DNA of 15,783 nucleotides from a virus. Both the position numbers and the translations under genes were made by a program. The stretch lies in IMG/VR virus record IMGVR_UViG_3300009666_000002; one strand, given 5' to 3'. Below the pieces are notes generated by a model. That model was not told the origin of the DNA. It saw nothing but the letters and a program-made list of their open reading frames with translations, and did not search any database. Shown here in pieces: positions 13,275 through 15,783 of the stretch. Position 1 is the stretch's first letter. Each line of letters begins with the position of its first letter.

Positions 13275-14074
13275 TTATCCCGCTCCTTTTCGTGGGGGCT
13301 CAAGGTCATTGTGTGACGGCACCCGACATGTTCCAGGCCGGCGGCTCGGGCCTCGGCGAGGGTCGGATATCCTGGGGTCTCTCCTGTTAACGAGAGGGTC
13401 CTCCCCTGCCAGGGAACGCACAAGGGGCAGGCCTTAGAATGCGTCGAGACCACCACCAAATCATAGCCATGCTCCAAGAGCCTGATCCGAGTCCCCTCTC
13501 TGAAGCTCTGCATGGAGGCGTTGTGGACGGCCATCTTCGAGTAGTTGGCCATATCCCAACGACGGCCCGCCTTGTCGATGAAGCCGGTAACACCTCTGGA
13601 GGCTAAGTTCTCTTTCATCCGTCTGGCCGCCGTATCGACGCTATCGATCCCCAGGACCACACTCTGAGTATACTCGAGCTGGAGAGCTCGAAATAGGTCG
13701 TCCACCTGTCGCCCTATGGTGAGATCGACCGCTCCTAGCCTGGAATAGGTCGCTTCGGCGAGAGCATGGACCGCCTCTTGGTGAAGGGTTCCGAAGCCCG
13801 CCGAGAGGTGGGTCGAGAAGGCCATCCCATCGGCATAGGCAACACCTTCGCGGTAGAGGTAGGGGATCGCGTCGTCGCACCACTCACGGCCACCGACGAG
13901 AAGCTTATTTCGAGCTGCCCTTATGTTCCGTTGAACGGCCCGGTAATAGGCAGGATCGCCACCTTTGAGGAGAACCCGGTTTATCTCCGCCTGGATCTTC
14001 CGGTCGCCGTTCTCATAGAGCTGGATGAGCCGGAAGGCCTGGTCTTCGGTGAGCGTGGCCGGGTTAACCGTCAC
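13265..14074 (-). CDS. Minor head protein, MuF/SPP1-gp7-like head morphogenesis family
   Basis: 269 aa. The C-terminal signature is THSKACPLCVPWQGRTLS...GLEHVGCRHTM (C-x-x-C ... W-x-G ... H-x-x-C-R-H/C), as in the phage Mu F/SPP1 gp7 family. It is translationally coupled to its neighbours. Confidence 0.75.
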   Translation of the reverse strand: MTVNPATLTEDQAFRLIQLYENGDRKIQAEINRVLLKGGDPAYYRAVQRNIRAARNKLLVGGREWCDDAIPYLYREGVAYADGMAFSTHLSAGFGTLHQEAVHALAEATYSRLGAVDLTIGRQVDDLFRALQLEYTQSVVLGIDSVDTAARRMKENLASRGVTGFIDKAGRRWDMANYSKMAVHNASMQSFREGTRIRLLEHGYDLVVVSTHSKACPLCVPWQGRTLSLTGETPGYPTLAEARAAGLEHVGCRHTMTLSPHEKERDKWN

Positions 14075-14691
14075 CCGCCTACACCCCCGAGAAGCAGGAC
14101 CCGATACAGCTCTTCCCCGTCCAGGCCGGCCTTCGGGGCGACTTTGACGACCTCGTAGATCGGGGAGTCCTCGCCGTTGATCACCAGCTTAATTTGGGCG
14201 CCAAACTCCAGGGGCTCAAGGCAGAAGAGCCGGCCCTCGGCCTGCATGATCTGCTGAGAGTATTCTTCATCGACCACCTTGAGGTACGTCGACCTTTTGG
14301 CCTCCCATCGGCATGGGAACTCGACCCACTCGCCGGGGAGCTCCTCTTCTGTGGTGGGGTCGGCCGCCACAACACGACAGTTTAGCTCCTCTTCCCCGAT
14401 GTCGGTCGTGATCTCGGTTACAGTGTCGAATTGTTTAGACGTCACCATCTCGGTGGTTCCCCAGGGAGGGCCGAAGCCTTCTAGGGTATCGCTTTGGGGC
14501 TCTCCGTCCAGGGTCCCAGTTATGGTTACGTTGAGGGCGATCGACCCCGAACTGATCTCATACTTGACCTTGAAGGGGTCGTCCATCGAAAAAGAAGGGG
14601 ATAGGGTGAGCGTTGCGAGGACTGGAGCCCAGCCGTAAATGACGGGGGAGTCCTCATATTTGGCGGTCTGGCTCAAGTAGCCGGCGATCAC
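14071..14691 (-). CDS. Virion protein; the C-terminal half resembles head-closure/head-tail joining proteins
   Basis: 206 aa, between the adaptor and the MuF-like gene with 4-nt overlaps on both sides. The C-terminal pattern (WVEFPCRWEAK...AEGRLFCLEPLEFGAQIKLVINGEDSPIYEVVKV) recalls the head-tail joining protein family. The N-terminal ~100 aa are beta-rich and of unknown family. Confidence 0.4.
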   Translation of the reverse strand: MIAGYLSQTAKYEDSPVIYGWAPVLATLTLSPSFSMDDPFKVKYEISSGSIALNVTITGTLDGEPQSDTLEGFGPPWGTTEMVTSKQFDTVTEITTDIGEEELNCRVVAADPTTEEELPGEWVEFPCRWEAKRSTYLKVVDEEYSQQIMQAEGRLFCLEPLEFGAQIKLVINGEDSPIYEVVKVAPKAGLDGEELYRVLLLGGVGG

Positions 14692-15185
14692 CGAGACCTA
14701 GCCCCCTTCGCCAGGTAGGGCTCCAGCAGCCTGTAAGCCGCCCAGGACCTCAGAGGAGTCCCCTTGATCCCTCCTCCCTGGAGAGATCCGTCGTACTCTT
14801 CCCACAGCTCGCCGAGTTTGAAGTTGGTTACACCTCCTTCCTGGAGCTTCCGCCTCTGATCGTTGGACGTGTCCAGCCTCGCCAGAGCCTCCTCGCAGAC
14901 TGCATCTTTGATAGCCTGGGGAATCACGGGGATATCATCGGCGTCTCGGTCGGCGACCACCCACCCCCGGCGCGTCTTGATCAGTCGCGGCCACTGGAGG
15001 GGCTGAGTTGTAATATCATATTCAAATTTTTTACCGATGAAAGGGAGACTATCCACAAGCCCAGAGACGTACACTAAAAGAGCGTCCTGCTCATCACCAG
15101 AGAGAGCATCCCAGGCCACGGCATCAGGACGATCGACCACGTAAGCATCCATCTCATCGGAGGTAACGTATTCGGATTCGGCCAT
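14688..15185 (-). CDS. Head-tail adaptor/connector (gp6-like, DnaT-like family)
   Basis: 165 aa. The pattern AWDALSGDEQDALLVYVSGLVDSLPFIGKK...QPLQWPR is characteristic of gp6-like head-tail connector proteins. It is in the position expected after the capsid and accessory genes. Confidence 0.7.
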   Translation of the reverse strand: MAESEYVTSDEMDAYVVDRPDAVAWDALSGDEQDALLVYVSGLVDSLPFIGKKFEYDITTQPLQWPRLIKTRRGWVVADRDADDIPVIPQAIKDAVCEEALARLDTSNDQRRKLQEGGVTNFKLGELWEEYDGSLQGGGIKGTPLRSWAAYRLLEPYLAKGARSR

Positions 15186-15203
15186 GAATTTAAACCAGGG
15201 TTT

Positions 15204-15226
15204 AGAGGGGGCATTTCGCCCCCTCT
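15204..15226 (-). terminator. GC-rich intercistronic hairpin (9-bp stem, 5-nt loop) between the 121-aa gene and the adaptor gene; likely attenuator
   Basis: AGAGGGGGC-atttc-GCCCCCTCT. There is no downstream T-tract on the minus strand. Its position after the capsid and 121-aa genes suggests stoichiometric down-regulation of the connector genes. Confidence 0.45.
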
Positions 15227-15246
15227 GGTGTCAGTCGGTTATCAGC

Positions 15247-15612
15247 TCAAGGGAGAGCGTAGCAATCGATCGTTCCCGCGATCGAAGTACCGGCGATGTC
15301 GATGTGGATCGTTCCGTCGGCCTGGAGGTATCGAGCCGTCTCGATCGGGCCTATGCAGACCCGCTCAGCTCCACCAGCTGCCTCGAAGGTGAGGTCGCCG
15401 AGTCCCCGCCTGAAAGCAGGGTGAGCGGTTCCGGCCACGATCTTGATCGTGTCGGCAGCCGTGGCGGCCGAGAGCTCGAAGCTCAGGATCAGCCTCTTGA
15501 AGTTGGCCCCCTCGGCGATCACGTGATCGTTGTCCTTGTCGATCGTGTCGGCGGTTTCGTGGTTGGCGAAAGCCCCGTTAAGCTCGTTTACGGTAATTTC
15601 AGATCTTACCAT
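15247..15612 (-). CDS. Hypothetical virion protein (possible capsid decoration/accessory protein)
   Basis: 121 aa. GGTGGTG lies 5 nt upstream of the ATG, 12 nt after the capsid stop. Gly/Ala/Thr/Ile-rich and beta-like. The functional guess rests on position only. The overlapping 166-aa plus-strand ORF is R/S-rich antisense noise. Confidence 0.55.
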   Translation of the reverse strand: MVRSEITVNELNGAFANHETADTIDKDNDHVIAEGANFKRLILSFELSAATAADTIKIVAGTAHPAFRRGLGDLTFEAAGGAERVCIGPIETARYLQADGTIHIDIAGTSIAGTIDCYALP

Positions 15613-15623
15613 GATTCACCACC

Positions 15624-15783
15624 TCAGCTCGGAGCACAGGTCAGAACGCAGAGACATTCAGGATCGATGACCTTCGCGCCGTAGCAATGGAGGCCCCGGA
15701 GGGCGTCGGCGAAGAACTTGTCAGGCCTGTAAGCCTCGGTCTCGTTCACAGAATCGGCGAAGGTACACGCCCTCGATACTCCA
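15624..15783 (-). CDS. Major capsid protein, C-terminal end. 15624..15690 holds the unique last 21 codons plus the stop; 15691..15783 duplicates 1..93.
   Basis: The frame continues from base 1 across the junction: ...FADALRGL-HCYGAKVIDPECLCVLTCAPS-stop (TGA, complement of 15624..15626). 788 + 67 nt = 855 nt = 284 codons plus a stop. Confidence 0.85.
   Translation of the reverse strand, partial: GVSRACTFADSVNETEAYRPDKFFADALRGLHCYGAKVIDPECLCVLTCAPS
15691..15783. repeat. Right copy of the exact 93-bp terminal direct repeat
   Basis: Identical to 1..93. Confidence 0.95.

Noticed and set aside
15184-15684. 166-aa plus-strand ORF
   Set aside because: Arg/Ser/Asp-rich antisense artefact of a high-GC region. 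The minus-strand 121-aa ORF has a GGTGGTG ribosome binding site and follows the capsid stop directly.
1-15783. Integrase, excisionase, lysis (holin/endolysin) and tail genes
   Set aside because: I searched all ORFs on both strands by motif. No tyrosine or serine recombinase signatures, no lysozyme or amidase-like motifs and no long tape-measure-like ORF were found. Their absence is reported as a finding, not as a feature.
1-15783. Apparent abundance of GATC/CGATCG sites in the high-GC core genes
   Set aside because: It is visually frequent (e.g. 3640, 6899, 15268-15290, 15341). Without computing observed/expected k-mer ratios, I cannot tell this from the expectation for this base composition and for Asp-Arg/Ile-Asp codon usage.

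Overview
The window is a complete, circularly closed mobile genome of about 15,690 bp. The first 93 bp (1..93) are identical to the last 93 bp (15691..15783), and the major capsid gene runs across that junction. All genes but one are on the minus strand.

Reading along the minus strand, the genome contains:
- A regulatory and accessory region: three ribbon-helix-helix (RHH) proteins, a divergent switch-like gene pair, and low-GC cargo genes encoding a DUF3800-like protein, a HEPN-motif protein and small ORFs.
- A large primase-polymerase/DUF3987-type replication protein.
- A head-only morphogenesis module: small and large terminase, portal, scaffold, P22-coat-like/HK97-fold capsid protein, head-tail adaptor, a putative head-closure protein and a MuF/SPP1-gp7-like minor head protein.

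I find no tail, tape-measure, fibre, lysis or integrase genes.

Several genes have a TTTAWATA box 22-25 nt upstream of the ATG. This is archaeal-type, leaderless promoter geometry, which suggests an archaeal host.

The most notable points are:
- The capsid-only, tail-less, integrase-less architecture, which resembles a capsid-forming satellite or virus-plasmid hybrid.
- A GTTTAAC heptad array that is both coding (VKP repeats) and promoter/operator sequence of an RHH-HTH protein.
- Two inverted arrays with 9-bp periodicity flanking an AT-rich core inside the replication gene, a putative origin.
- Related inverted repeats that bracket the only plus-strand gene.
- Low-GC islands carrying HEPN and DUF3800 candidates.

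All functional calls come from motif recognition by eye. No database search was run.
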